Assembly: GCA_028687045.1 (NCBI GenBank)
Contig: JAQUAW010000001.1
Location: 2,034-66,033, forward strand
Source: Patescibacteria group bacterium
GTDB lineage: Bacteria; Patescibacteriota; Patescibacteriia; Magasanikbacterales; UBA922
Direction of reading: 5' to 3'
Length of the DNA: 64,000 nt
Shown: one piece after another, positions 29,477 through 39,547 of the stretch
Layout: each line of letters opens with the position of its first letter
How positions within the stretch are numbered: the stretch's first letter is position 1
Position numbers and translations under genes: made by a program
The notes under the pieces: model-generated
Databases searched by the model: none
The model's input: only the letters and a program-made list of their open reading frames with translations
Told to the model about the DNA's origin: nothing

Positions 29477-30676
29477 TTATTTAAGTAAATTTGGATACTT
29501 TTGAAAAAACATCTCCAAAACCTGACCATTTAGTCTGTAAACTTGATTTTCCTCGTCTTTCGTTACCCACATAGTATCTAGCAAATTTTGCATTATGCCT
29601 TCATTACTTAATGCAAAAGGCAGTTTTTTTCCCTGCATTATTTTTTTCAAAACATCCCTTTCTTCATCATTAAAAGTTTTTTGAAAAACTTGTCTATAAT
29701 GGTTAAATATGTTGTCAAAGTTTCTCTCTATTCTTTCAATGACATCTTCCATATCACTAGCCGTATAATTTAATTTCTTTACGTCAACAGAACAAAATTC
29801 AGCCAAAAATTCATTGACAAAATAATTTATTTCTCTAGCTTTACCACCGGTAAACTCGTAAATTTTTTCTATGGCATCAGGGGCAAAAGTAAGATAGCTC
29901 CCTTCCAAGTCTTTTTCTACTAATAATCTTGTCTCTTCCAAAGTAAGTGGTCTAATATAAAATTCTTGATAATCCTCACCAAATATTTTTTGTAACATCT
30001 TATTATTTTCTATATCTACAAAATGCAATACCAAAGCTATCTGCAGTTCATCCAAATTACCTAAACTTGCGATATATCTCAAAAATCCCTCATTATCTAT
30101 AACATTGACTACCTCATCAATGGCTATAAAACATTTAATATTATTATCTTTTAGATATTGATTTAAATACTCAAACGGTGTTTGTCCACTTTCTGTAATT
30201 TTTTCTCTTATTTCCTCAATACTAGCTTGTTTACCTTGTTCAATCTCTTTTTGACGAATAAATTTACAAACTTCATACAATCCAAATCGTTTTTTAAAAT
30301 AGTCTAAACTACTATCTGAAAGAATCGGAATAGCGTCAAACTTGATAGAATTATCTGCACCAAAGTCATTGACCAAGGAATTCAACATACTACTTTTGCC
30401 AATCCTTTTGAGACCTCTTATTGCTACATTTTGTCCAGCGAGTAAAGTATCTTGAATTTTCTTTTCTTGATCCAGACGAACAATACTTCTTTCTATACTG
30501 GCTTCACGTGTAATTCTTTCTCTTGTTTTTTCAAGATGAACTTCAAAAATTTCAGGTGATAATCTTGCTCTTACTTCTTCTAAAGTCAGTTCTTTTTCTT
30601 GTTGCTCAGTACTTTCATTCATTGTTAGTTTTTCTTCCTCTGGCACAAAAGGAAGATAATTATCACCTGTACCCAT
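29477..30676 (-). CDS. P-loop ATPase (AAA/STAND-like)
   Basis: GLKRIGKSS Walker A, IAIDE Walker B, FTGG motif. Confidence 0.75.
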   Translation of the reverse strand: MGTGDNYLPFVPEEEKLTMNESTEQQEKELTLEEVRARLSPEIFEVHLEKTRERITREASIERSIVRLDQEKKIQDTLLAGQNVAIRGLKRIGKSSMLNSLVNDFGADNSIKFDAIPILSDSSLDYFKKRFGLYEVCKFIRQKEIEQGKQASIEEIREKITESGQTPFEYLNQYLKDNNIKCFIAIDEVVNVIDNEGFLRYIASLGNLDELQIALVLHFVDIENNKMLQKIFGEDYQEFYIRPLTLEETRLLVEKDLEGSYLTFAPDAIEKIYEFTGGKAREINYFVNEFLAEFCSVDVKKLNYTASDMEDVIERIERNFDNIFNHYRQVFQKTFNDEERDVLKKIMQGKKLPFALSNEGIMQNLLDTMWVTKDEENQVYRLNGQVLEMFFQKYPNLLK

Positions 30677-30733
30677 AATATAAAAAATATAGTTGATTTA
30701 TGAAACTATAATATCATCTCTATAATACCCAAG

Positions 30734-32482
30734 TCAAGCCATAAAACCACCAACTTGAATATCCCACAAATTACGATAAATACCATTTTTTTTCTTCAAA
30801 AGTACTTTGTGTGAACCTTGTTCAAGAATTCCACCTTGTTCTATCACCAAAATTCTATTTGAATTCATAATAGTCGAAAGTCTGTGTGCGACGATAATGA
30901 CAGTCTTACCTTTCATCAGATTTCCCAAAGCATCTTGGATAAGCTTTTCTGACTTAGAATCTAAACTAGAAGTTGCTTCGTCCAAAATCAAAATTGGGGA
31001 ATTTTTTAGTATTGCTCGAGCTATAGCTACGCGCTGTCTTTCACCGCCCGAAAGCTTGATACCTCTTTCTCCTACCAAAGTATTGTAACCATCTGCCAAA
31101 TTCAAAATAAAATCATGAGCATTGGCTTGCTTGGCAACAGACATCACTTCTTCATCACTAGCATCTGGTTTAGCATAACGAATATTTTCCATGATACTTC
31201 TATGAAAAAGCATCGGGTCTTGTGGCACAAGACTGACATTTTGCCATAAACTTTCTTGCGTACACTTGGCAATGTTTTGTCCATCTATCAGAATTTTTCC
31301 ACCAGAAATATCATGTTGACGTAAAAGCAATTTTACAATAGTAGACTTCCCTGCACCTGAGGAACCAACGAGGGCTATTTTTTCTTGAGGCTTGATTACC
31401 AAATCCATTTTTTTGATTATTTCTCTAGTTTTGTTGTAAGCAAAAGAAACTTCTTTGAATTCTATTTTACCTGTCGTAACTTGTAATTTTTTGGCATTTT
31501 TGACATCTTGTATGTCATAAGGCATATTTAGTATCTCAGTCATTTCTTCGGCGTCAGCCAGTGATTCATAAAAATCTCTAATTACACGACCAAAGCCAAA
31601 AAACTTTTCAAAAATAATAATAAGATAAGATTGAATCAAAATAAAATCACCAACTGTAATACTACCAGCTTGCCAAACTTTGACAGCATAAAACAACATC
31701 ACGATTTCCAACAAAATCATCAACATCCATTGTATACCATCAAACCAAGTGGAAATGTCCCAAGAAAATTTTCTTATTTTCCTTAGATCTTCTGTTTTTT
31801 GTTCAAATTCTTTACACTCTCTACCATAACCAACCAACAACTTTACATTGGTATTATTAGTAAAAGAATCAGCCAAAAAAGCTCCAACCTTGGAATCTAG
31901 CTGACTTCTCTCAAAATCATATTTTAATTTGAATTTACTAAAAAAGTAACTAGTCAAAACAAAGATGAATATCCAAGAAATTATTATTAAAGCAAAAAAC
32001 TTGTTACGACTAAATAAGACAATAGAAATAAGTGTAACATTGATAATGATAGGCAAAAGATCCCAAATTATTCTATCTGAAATTCTATCAAAAGCTTGTA
32101 CAAATCTACCAACTTTTTTTACCAGAGAACCTACGAAGCTGTTGTTGAAAAAAGAAAAAGAATGTTTGTGAACTTTGGAAAAACAAGCATCATTCAAATC
32201 TTTTAGACTGTCTGTGCTAAACTTTATGTACAAAAAAGCCATGACACGGATAAAAAACCACTGCAAAATTTTTATACCCAAAATAATAAATAATGTGGTA
32301 TAGAGAATCTCAACATTAGGATTAGTAGACAAGACATCAAAAAACTTTTTGTACCAATAAGGAGCCAATATTGAAAAAGCATCACCAATCAATAACAACA
32401 AAAACATAGACATAAAGCTCCATTTGTATTTCCAAGCTTGTTGCCAATAAATTTTCAAAGTTATTTTGGTATTATTTTTCAT
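30734..32482 (-). CDS. ABC exporter, fused permease/ATPase
   Basis: TM domain, GSSGAGKS, LSGGERQR, LDEATS. Confidence 0.95.
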   Translation of the reverse strand: MKNNTKITLKIYWQQAWKYKWSFMSMFLLLLIGDAFSILAPYWYKKFFDVLSTNPNVEILYTTLFIILGIKILQWFFIRVMAFLYIKFSTDSLKDLNDACFSKVHKHSFSFFNNSFVGSLVKKVGRFVQAFDRISDRIIWDLLPIIINVTLISIVLFSRNKFFALIIISWIFIFVLTSYFFSKFKLKYDFERSQLDSKVGAFLADSFTNNTNVKLLVGYGRECKEFEQKTEDLRKIRKFSWDISTWFDGIQWMLMILLEIVMLFYAVKVWQAGSITVGDFILIQSYLIIIFEKFFGFGRVIRDFYESLADAEEMTEILNMPYDIQDVKNAKKLQVTTGKIEFKEVSFAYNKTREIIKKMDLVIKPQEKIALVGSSGAGKSTIVKLLLRQHDISGGKILIDGQNIAKCTQESLWQNVSLVPQDPMLFHRSIMENIRYAKPDASDEEVMSVAKQANAHDFILNLADGYNTLVGERGIKLSGGERQRVAIARAILKNSPILILDEATSSLDSKSEKLIQDALGNLMKGKTVIIVAHRLSTIMNSNRILVIEQGGILEQGSHKVLLKKKNGIYRNLWDIQVGGFMA

Positions 32483-32796
32483 AAGTAATTTATTTTTTTT
32501 GCAATAAAAAAACGTCAATAGTATTATACACCTTTTGACGTTTTTTTAAAATAGTTTTTTTAAAAAATAAAAAACAATAATAAAAAATAATTATTGTTTA
32601 TCTTTAAAATCTTATAATTATTATTTACAAAATAAATTATAAAAAATTCAAATTACAATAATTAACAAATCTTTTGTCAAAATCAATCTAAATTTTTGTT
32701 TCAAAAAACCAAAACTTAGATTGATTGAGACGACGTACCTCCTTTGTTAAAGTAATCTCAATCCTCCTTTTGTTCTTCTTTTTTTTCGATGAGCCC

Positions 32797-33219
32797 TCAC
32801 AATGGGGGCTTTACCGAAGAATGGTGTTGAATGGCTCTGCCAAACACCACCACAAAGCTGAACCGAGCTACAAGAGGATGATCGGAACCCTCCACTTTAA
32901 ACTCGTATATACCAGACGTAACAAAAATAAACAGAAAATTATGATGCACTTCTTCGACTACTCGGCACTGTGGCCGCTTAGCCAAAAAGTGAATCATATA
33001 CATCAAAACGCCTTCATGCGTTTTGATGTGTTGACCACAAAAAGTTGGAAGAAAAGAGATACTACGTAGGTGATAAAGTCTGCAAACAGTCTTGATATCT
33101 CCACTGTTCACAGCACCAACACACCTCCCTAAAAAAGCTGTATTGCGCCGCCACGACTCTGTCGCGGCAGCTAAAAATAGAAACAAAGCCAAGAAAGGCA
33201 CTGTTGCCAAAAGATCCAC
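32797..33219 (-). CDS. orphan protein with N-terminal hydrophobic helix
   Basis: GTG start with GGAGG 5 nt upstream, downstream of duplicated leader copy A; GC-richer than neighbours. Confidence 0.55.
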   Translation of the reverse strand: MDLLATVPFLALFLFLAAATESWRRNTAFLGRCVGAVNSGDIKTVCRLYHLRSISFLPTFCGQHIKTHEGVLMYMIHFLAKRPQCRVVEEVHHNFLFIFVTSGIYEFKVEGSDHPLVARFSFVVVFGRAIQHHSSVKPPL

Positions 33220-33224
33220 CTGGA

Positions 33225-33455
33225 CCTCCTAGAAATGCGACTTCACAACGTGAGAACTTCTCACGCCATTCAGTCGCTGGTTTCTATCTAAAAAATAGAC
33301 AAAAATCAGCAACTGAATTTTTTGGCACGCACAAAATCATACTCTCCGACATATCCACTGTCAATTACTATATCCTTGACAGAGTGTAATTTGTCGTTCT
33401 ATTTGTAAAAGTTCTCTATACAAAAAAATACACCTAATTTAATAGATGTATTTTT
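33225..33455 (-). repeat. terminator-promoter-structured leader cassette, copy A
   Basis: Direct repeat of 33639-33866 (offset about 413); TTGACA-17-TATGAT at 33364-33336. Confidence 0.9.
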
Positions 33456-33504
33456 TTTGCCCCTCCTTTCCTCCTTTGTGTATGTGAATGGTTGGGCAAT
33501 TACC

Positions 33505-33633
33505 TCAAGCGGATCCCCAATAGCGGGAATCTCCACCTGAAGCCCCTGATTTCCGGCGGCTGTTTAGCCAGCCGGAAACCATCAACAACACAATGACGGG
33601 AGACACTCCCGCCAAAAACTCCAAAAAGCTCAT
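33505..33633 (-). CDS. 42-aa single-TM peptide
   Basis: MSFLEFLAGVSPVIVLLMVSGWLNSRRKSGASGGDSRYWGSA; GGAGG 5 nt before ATG, same position as in copy A. Confidence 0.6.
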   Translation of the reverse strand: MSFLEFLAGVSPVIVLLMVSGWLNSRRKSGASGGDSRYWGSA

Positions 33634-33638
33634 GTGAG

Positions 33639-33866
33639 CCTCCGAAACGGCGACTTCGCAACGTGAGTACTTCCCACGCCATTCAGTCGCTAGTTTCTAT
33701 CTAAAAAATAGACAAAAATCAGCAACTGAATTTTTTAGCACGCACAAAATAATACTCTTTGACATATCCACTGTCAATTACTTTACCCTTGACAAATTTC
33801 AATTTGTCGTTCTATTTGTAAAAGTTATTTATATAAAAAAATACACCTATTTTCTAGGTGTATTTT
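33639..33866 (-). repeat. terminator-promoter-structured leader cassette, copy B
   Basis: TTGACA-17-TATTAT at 33777-33749; hairpin TTCAGTTGCTG...TAGCGACTGAA. Confidence 0.9.
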
Positions 33867-33885
33867 AATTAATTTATTTTAATTT

Positions 33886-35160
33886 CTAAACAAGATAACG
33901 TAAGAAAATATAGACAGTACACATCACCAAAGCTACAAAAGTCAAAGGTAATGCCATCTTCATATACTCCCAAAAACCAATACCATGACCTTCTTTACTA
34001 GCAATACCACTTACTACAACATTGGCTGAAGCACCAACCAAGGTCGCATTTCCACCAATATCAGCACCAAGAGCCAATGCCCACCAAATTGGTGCCAAAG
34101 GTAGTCCTGCAATAGTTCCTAAATCTTTGACAAGTGGGATCATAGTAGCTACAAATGGAATATTATCAATTACAGCTGAAAATATAGCTGAACCCCACAA
34201 AACACTCAAAGTAGTAGCTGTCATGTTTCCACCAGTAAGATTTAGCAAACCTTCAGCCAACATACGAATAGCGCCAACTTCTTCTAGAGCTACAACCAAG
34301 ATGAAAAGTCCCATGAAGAAAAATATTGTAGTCCATTCTACTTCTTTCAAATGTTCTTCTGGATCATGCATGGTCAAAAGCAACATAAGAGCAGCACCAC
34401 CAAGAGCGATAGTAGCACCTTCTAAATGAGTTACACTATGGGTAAAAAATCCAACCAAAACTATAGCCAAGACAAATAATGCTTTTTTTAACAATTTTAC
34501 GTCAGACAAAGCTTCTCTTGGATTAAATTTTGCGATAGTAGCTTGTGCTTCTGCAGTAGCCACAAGTTGCTTGCGATAAATGAAAACCAAAAGTGCAATA
34601 GTAACAATAGAAACAAGAACAGAAATAGGTCCAAGATTAACCAAAAAATCATTGAAAGTAAGACCACTAGCACTACCAATAAGAATGTTTGGCGGATCTC
34701 CGATAAGAGTAGCTGTACCACCAATATTGGCCAACAAAATAGCACCTATAAGAAATGGCTTAGGGTGAATTTTCAAATTATGAGCAACCACAAAAGTGAC
34801 TGGTATCATAAGAAGTACAGTAGTCACATTGTCGAGCAAAGCAGAAAAAACAGCAACAATAGTTAGTAATAATATATATATTTTTACAGGGTTACCCTTA
34901 CCAACTTTGGTAGCCCAGATAGCCACATATTGAAACATACCACTGTGTTTGGCTATTCCCACAATAATCATCATACCAATCAAAAGGCCTAGAGTATTGA
35001 AGTCAATCCCCTCAATTGCTTTTTCTTGTGTCACAATACCAAGCAAAACCATCAATCCCGCACCAGCCATAGCAATGACAGTACGATGAATTTTTTCAGA
35101 GATGATAATAGCGTAAGTAGTAATAAAGACAACAAGTGTAATCCAAAAAAAGATTCCCAT
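33886..35160 (-). CDS. ArsB/NhaD (ion transporter superfamily) permease
   Basis: SALLDNVTTV, GGTATLIGDPPN, GGNATLVGASAN. Confidence 0.9.
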   Translation of the reverse strand: MGIFFWITLVVFITTYAIIISEKIHRTVIAMAGAGLMVLLGIVTQEKAIEGIDFNTLGLLIGMMIIVGIAKHSGMFQYVAIWATKVGKGNPVKIYILLLTIVAVFSALLDNVTTVLLMIPVTFVVAHNLKIHPKPFLIGAILLANIGGTATLIGDPPNILIGSASGLTFNDFLVNLGPISVLVSIVTIALLVFIYRKQLVATAEAQATIAKFNPREALSDVKLLKKALFVLAIVLVGFFTHSVTHLEGATIALGGAALMLLLTMHDPEEHLKEVEWTTIFFFMGLFILVVALEEVGAIRMLAEGLLNLTGGNMTATTLSVLWGSAIFSAVIDNIPFVATMIPLVKDLGTIAGLPLAPIWWALALGADIGGNATLVGASANVVVSGIASKEGHGIGFWEYMKMALPLTFVALVMCTVYIFLRYLV

Positions 35161-35187
35161 ATAGTTTATAAATCTTTATTATATTTA

Positions 35188-35658
35188 TTAATGAATTCCG
35201 AGTACACGAGCGATAGCTTTTTTGATATCAGTACGATTGATATAGCCAACCAATTTTTCTTCAGCATCGACTACTGGAATTTGACGAATCTTGAATTCAG
35301 AAAGCATAGTAGCAGCTTCCATCAAAGTATGACTTTCTTTGATAGTGTGAACCTCTTTGGTCATAAATTTGGTAATAGGTTCATCAGCAACTTCTTTGAT
35401 TCTAACACTAAATTCTTCAGCCGCCTCAAAAGAAGCTAAATGTTTGTCTTCTTCCAAATAATCTGGAACTACATATTGAATCAAATCCATACTAGACAAA
35501 ATCCCTTTTACATATTTTTCATCGTCAACGACAACCACTCCATTGGTACGACCGTCAACCATTTTTTGCAATGCTTCTCTAAAAGTAGCATTAATATTTA
35601 CTGTTGTCACAACATCTTGCATGTTGTTTTTGACAAGATATTTTTCTTGTTCTGTCAT
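35188..35658 (-). CDS. CBS-pair domain protein
   Basis: VVVDD..VKGILS..DL; IPVVD...LVGYINRTDI. Confidence 0.9.
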   Translation of the reverse strand: MTEQEKYLVKNNMQDVVTTVNINATFREALQKMVDGRTNGVVVVDDEKYVKGILSSMDLIQYVVPDYLEEDKHLASFEAAEEFSVRIKEVADEPITKFMTKEVHTIKESHTLMEAATMLSEFKIRQIPVVDAEEKLVGYINRTDIKKAIARVLGIH

Positions 35659-35840
35659 ATATTCTATATATTATATATAAATTAAATTGCTTTTTGCATT
35701 ATTTCTAATTTAGAACATACAACATTATAAGATAATTTTAGTATAATTTCAAGGGTAACAGTGGATAAATATTTAAACAACAAAAAATACCAGATTGTAA
35801 CTGGTATTCTTTATTTTTTATTTCTAATAAACAATCATTC

Positions 35841-37415
35841 TTATAAATCGTTTCCTGTATATGACATATTGAAACTTTTATTAATCAAAGGAAAATCTGG
35901 CACAATATTGTTCAAACCAGCCTCACCCAAAGCTGACCAGTTGACAAAGGAAGGATCTCTTGGAAATACTCTACTAATATTGCCTTGTGCGTCTGTAGCT
36001 ACGAAATAAGATATCTCTCCACGCCAACCTTCCACCATACTTACAGCATAAGCACTTTTTTGCAAAATAAGGCTAGTAATATTGGCTACAATAATCTCTC
36101 CCTCAGGTATTTTTTGCAAAGATTCTTGTACTATTTCCAATGATTTACGAATTTCTTTTAAACGAATCTGAAATCTAGCGTTGACATCACCCTCTTCTTC
36201 TACAGGTATTTGCCCCATAGAAACTTCGGCGTAAGCAGCATAAGGGTGATCAACACGTGTATCATGTTTTACACCTACAGCTCTACCAGCGACACCCAGA
36301 GTACCTTGGTTATTAGCTACTTCTAGAGAAATGATGCCTGTACCTTTTAGACGATTCAAAAGTGATGCACTATCTTCAGCGATAGCAATCACTTCTTCAA
36401 AATCTTTAGCAATTTTTATCAGTTCTTTACTTAGATAATCTTGTTCACTTTTGTTTAAATCTTTTTTTACACCACCAATAGTATTTACACTACGCAAAAA
36501 TCTACTTTTTGTTAATTTTTCATTTATTTGCATCATCATTTCACGCAAACGTGATCCATTGGCTCCACCAAAACTGAAACCAGTATCCATCATAATAGCT
36601 CCAATATCACCAAAATGATTAGCTAGTCTTTCAAGTTCAGCAAAAATGGTTCTCAAATACAAAGCACGTTTTGGCACTTCAATTCCAGCTAATTTTTCTA
36701 TAGTTTGACAAAAAGCTAAAGAATGACTAAAAGAACTATCACCAGAAATTTTTTCTGACAAACGTATCTTATTTTCCAAAGACAAAACTTCAAATAATTT
36801 TTCACTACCTTTGTGTACATATCCCAAACGTGGTTCAAGTTGCACAATACTTTCTCCAGCCATACTAAAACGAAAATGACCAGGTTCGATAATACCAGCA
36901 TGAATTGGTCCAACAGGAATTTCATAAATCCCCTCACCTTTTACTTCTTGAAATTCATATTTACCGGTTACTTCTTTCAATTTGGTTTTCCATTCAAAAT
37001 CTTTTCTAAGAGGAAAAACATTACTTGGATAATTTTCATGCAAAATAAGCGGTCTATTGTCTGGAATATCTGTAGCTACTAAACCAAAAAAAGTCTGAAT
37101 TCTTCTTTCGTAGTTTAATATTTCAGGTACAAGGTTAGCCAATGAAGGAAAATCAGTAGTATTTTTCAATTCAATAAAAGGACAGATAAAAAAATTATCA
37201 CCAGGTACAGCAAATAAATACCAAATTTTGAAAGCTCCTTTTTCTTTTCTTTCGTCTGTAGCGGTGACTAGCTTAAGTGAAAGTTTTTTTTGATTATGTA
37301 ACTCTCCTACAATTTCAGCTATTTGTGTAGAAGATACTTCGAAGATAGCCAAGTTATCGTGATACTCTACGTTAGCATTCTTTGGAAGGTATGATTGTAT
37401 TTTTTCTTTTATCAT
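35841..37415 (-). CDS. Ehr/HyfG-HycE-like large subunit (NuoC+D fusion) lacking NiFe motifs
   Basis: PVGPIHAGIIEPGHFRF, ELERLANH, EGWRGE; CxxC motifs replaced (ISGDS; SFNMSY). Confidence 0.9.
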   Translation of the reverse strand: MIKEKIQSYLPKNANVEYHDNLAIFEVSSTQIAEIVGELHNQKKLSLKLVTATDERKEKGAFKIWYLFAVPGDNFFICPFIELKNTTDFPSLANLVPEILNYERRIQTFFGLVATDIPDNRPLILHENYPSNVFPLRKDFEWKTKLKEVTGKYEFQEVKGEGIYEIPVGPIHAGIIEPGHFRFSMAGESIVQLEPRLGYVHKGSEKLFEVLSLENKIRLSEKISGDSSFSHSLAFCQTIEKLAGIEVPKRALYLRTIFAELERLANHFGDIGAIMMDTGFSFGGANGSRLREMMMQINEKLTKSRFLRSVNTIGGVKKDLNKSEQDYLSKELIKIAKDFEEVIAIAEDSASLLNRLKGTGIISLEVANNQGTLGVAGRAVGVKHDTRVDHPYAAYAEVSMGQIPVEEEGDVNARFQIRLKEIRKSLEIVQESLQKIPEGEIIVANITSLILQKSAYAVSMVEGWRGEISYFVATDAQGNISRVFPRDPSFVNWSALGEAGLNNIVPDFPLINKSFNMSYTGNDL

Positions 37416-37416
37416 A

Positions 37417-38862
37417 TTAGTATTGCAAAACAGCATTATTAATTAAAGTCTGCAAAAATGGTGGCAAATAGACACTCAAAATAACTATAATAGTAACAAA
37501 TAAAATTTGTGGAATAAACAACCAAATATTATTTTCACCTTTTTCAATATTGTCTGGTTTTTCTCCAAAAAACATAGCTGTAAAATGTTTCAAAAAACTT
37601 ACAAAAACTAAAGCGAGAAAAAACAGAGCAATCAAACTAACGACAGGATACTCTTTCATACCAGCTGACAAAATGTAAAGTTTGGTCATAAACATTCCAA
37701 ATGGTGGCACACCTGTCACAATCAGAAAACCAATAAGGGAAAGTACACCCGTCACAGGCAAGACTTTCAAAGCTCCTTTGACATTGAAAATTTTGGCAGA
37801 ACTATATTTCAATAACAAATTTCCTGTAGATAAAAAGAGTACGACTCTGACACAAGAATGATAAACAATATGAAGTATTGCTGCAAAAATACCTAATCCT
37901 CCAAAACCAAAACCAAGTGCCATTACACCGGCATTTTCAATACTAGAATAAGCAAGCAATCTTTTGTAATTTTTGGCATTGAACATAATCAAAGCTGAGA
38001 CAACAATAGACAATAGACCAAAAACAATCAATAGTGTTTGACTAAACAAAGGTCCAACGGCAATGTCTACAATAACCTTGTATCTAAGCATAATCACAAA
38101 AGCAATTGGCAACAAAGCGCCGGATAACAAAGCGCCTATAGGTGCTGGTGCTTTGCTATAAGCATCTGGTTTCCAAGTGTGCATTGGTACAAAACCAATC
38201 TTAGTACCATAACCAATAAGTACAAAAACAAAAGCAATTTTAGCAAGCAAGGGGTCAAGATGAATAGCATTACTAGTCAATGTTTGCCAGTCCACCAAAC
38301 CAACACTAGACAAATCAATAGAGGTAAAAAATAATAATGTTCCAAAAAATCCCAAAAGTAAACCAACAGAATTGATAATCAAATATTTCCAAGCTCCTTC
38401 AATCGCTGATGGTTTATTGTAAAAACTTATCAAAAAGGCAGTAGACAGTGTGGTAGCTTCAATAGAAATCCAAGCAAAAATAGGATTGCTAGAGGTAATT
38501 GCCAAAAACATCGCTACAAAAAACATATTCAACAAAACAAAATATTGTTTTACACGTGTAAAACCAATAATACTTTTTTGCATTTCTTGACGTAAATATT
38601 GTACAGAATAAATAGTAGTAGCAAAACCAACAAAACCAAGAACCAAGACAATAATAGCACCCAAAGAATCAATTGAAAAAAATCTTCCAGAACCTGGTGT
38701 ATAAATTCCCAATGAAGACACTTTTAGAGCTACTACAATAGACAACACCAAAGAAATTAATGAAGAAACTACTGATACAACTTCAATAACTACTTTTCTT
38801 TTAGAAAGAAGATTTATTATCGCTGCAATAAACAAAGTTATTATTATAAAAAAAATTTCCAT
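37417..38862 (-). CDS. HyfF-like antiporter-type membrane subunit
   Basis: EATTL, GYGTKIGFVPMHTWKPDA, KRLLAYSS. Confidence 0.9.
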   Translation of the reverse strand: MEIFFIIITLFIAAIINLLSKRKVVIEVVSVVSSLISLVLSIVVALKVSSLGIYTPGSGRFFSIDSLGAIIVLVLGFVGFATTIYSVQYLRQEMQKSIIGFTRVKQYFVLLNMFFVAMFLAITSSNPIFAWISIEATTLSTAFLISFYNKPSAIEGAWKYLIINSVGLLLGFFGTLLFFTSIDLSSVGLVDWQTLTSNAIHLDPLLAKIAFVFVLIGYGTKIGFVPMHTWKPDAYSKAPAPIGALLSGALLPIAFVIMLRYKVIVDIAVGPLFSQTLLIVFGLLSIVVSALIMFNAKNYKRLLAYSSIENAGVMALGFGFGGLGIFAAILHIVYHSCVRVVLFLSTGNLLLKYSSAKIFNVKGALKVLPVTGVLSLIGFLIVTGVPPFGMFMTKLYILSAGMKEYPVVSLIALFFLALVFVSFLKHFTAMFFGEKPDNIEKGENNIWLFIPQILFVTIIVILSVYLPPFLQTLINNAVLQY

Positions 38863-38866
38863 ATTT

Positions 38867-39514
38867 TTAATCTTTTAATTTTTTCATTGAAGAAACATTC
38901 AATGTTCCAAAATGTTTATACAACATTGAAATAAAAATTGAGGCAATCATAATCCAAATAAAAATATTAAAAATAATTCCTAATTGAAGAGAAGCCGACT
39001 GCTCTAACTCAGCAAAAACAGCAAACATCACGATACTATTTTCAAAAGACAAAATACCAATAATTTGTGACAAAGCCCCTTTACGATTGACTATCAAAAA
39101 CAAAGAAAGAAACATCGATGACAAAGCAAGAGATAACAGCATTTGATGATCTGACACAATACTAGTCAAAGGAACAAACTTTTGTGAATGAGCTATAAAA
39201 ATTAAAACAGCAATAACAATTAAAGTAATTGGTGTATTTAGATAAGTACTAACAGAAAAAGACAAAGCATATTTTTTGATCAGACTAATAAAAAACTTTG
39301 GTGCTACAATAACTTTGACAATCAACATCACAAGTATAACTAATAACATCCACAAATCTTTGGTCTCAAAAAAAGAATTTAATAATATAATAACAACTAC
39401 TAATGATTGCAAGGCATAAGTATACACAGCTGAAACGTTTTTCTTCATTATAAGCAAAAAGACAACAGATAATAGAACTATCTCAGATAAAAATTGTAAA
39501 GTTAATAGATTCAT
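38867..39514 (-). CDS. HyfE-like membrane subunit
   Basis: YALQS, SQIIGILSFENS; operon position. Confidence 0.8.
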   Translation of the reverse strand: MNLLTLQFLSEIVLLSVVFLLIMKKNVSAVYTYALQSLVVVIILLNSFFETKDLWMLLVILVMLIVKVIVAPKFFISLIKKYALSFSVSTYLNTPITLIVIAVLIFIAHSQKFVPLTSIVSDHQMLLSLALSSMFLSLFLIVNRKGALSQIIGILSFENSIVMFAVFAELEQSASLQLGIIFNIFIWIMIASIFISMLYKHFGTLNVSSMKKLKD

Positions 39515-39547
39515 AAATTATCACTATAAAAAACAAAGTTAGATGTT

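Noticed and set aside
32725-33069. 114-aa + strand ORF
   Set aside because: Antisense shadow of the promoter- and SD-supported minus-strand ORF.
33500-33682. 60-aa ORF from the track
   Set aside because: Starts inside the repeated leader without an RBS; the overlapping 42-aa frame has the SD at the position equivalent to copy A.
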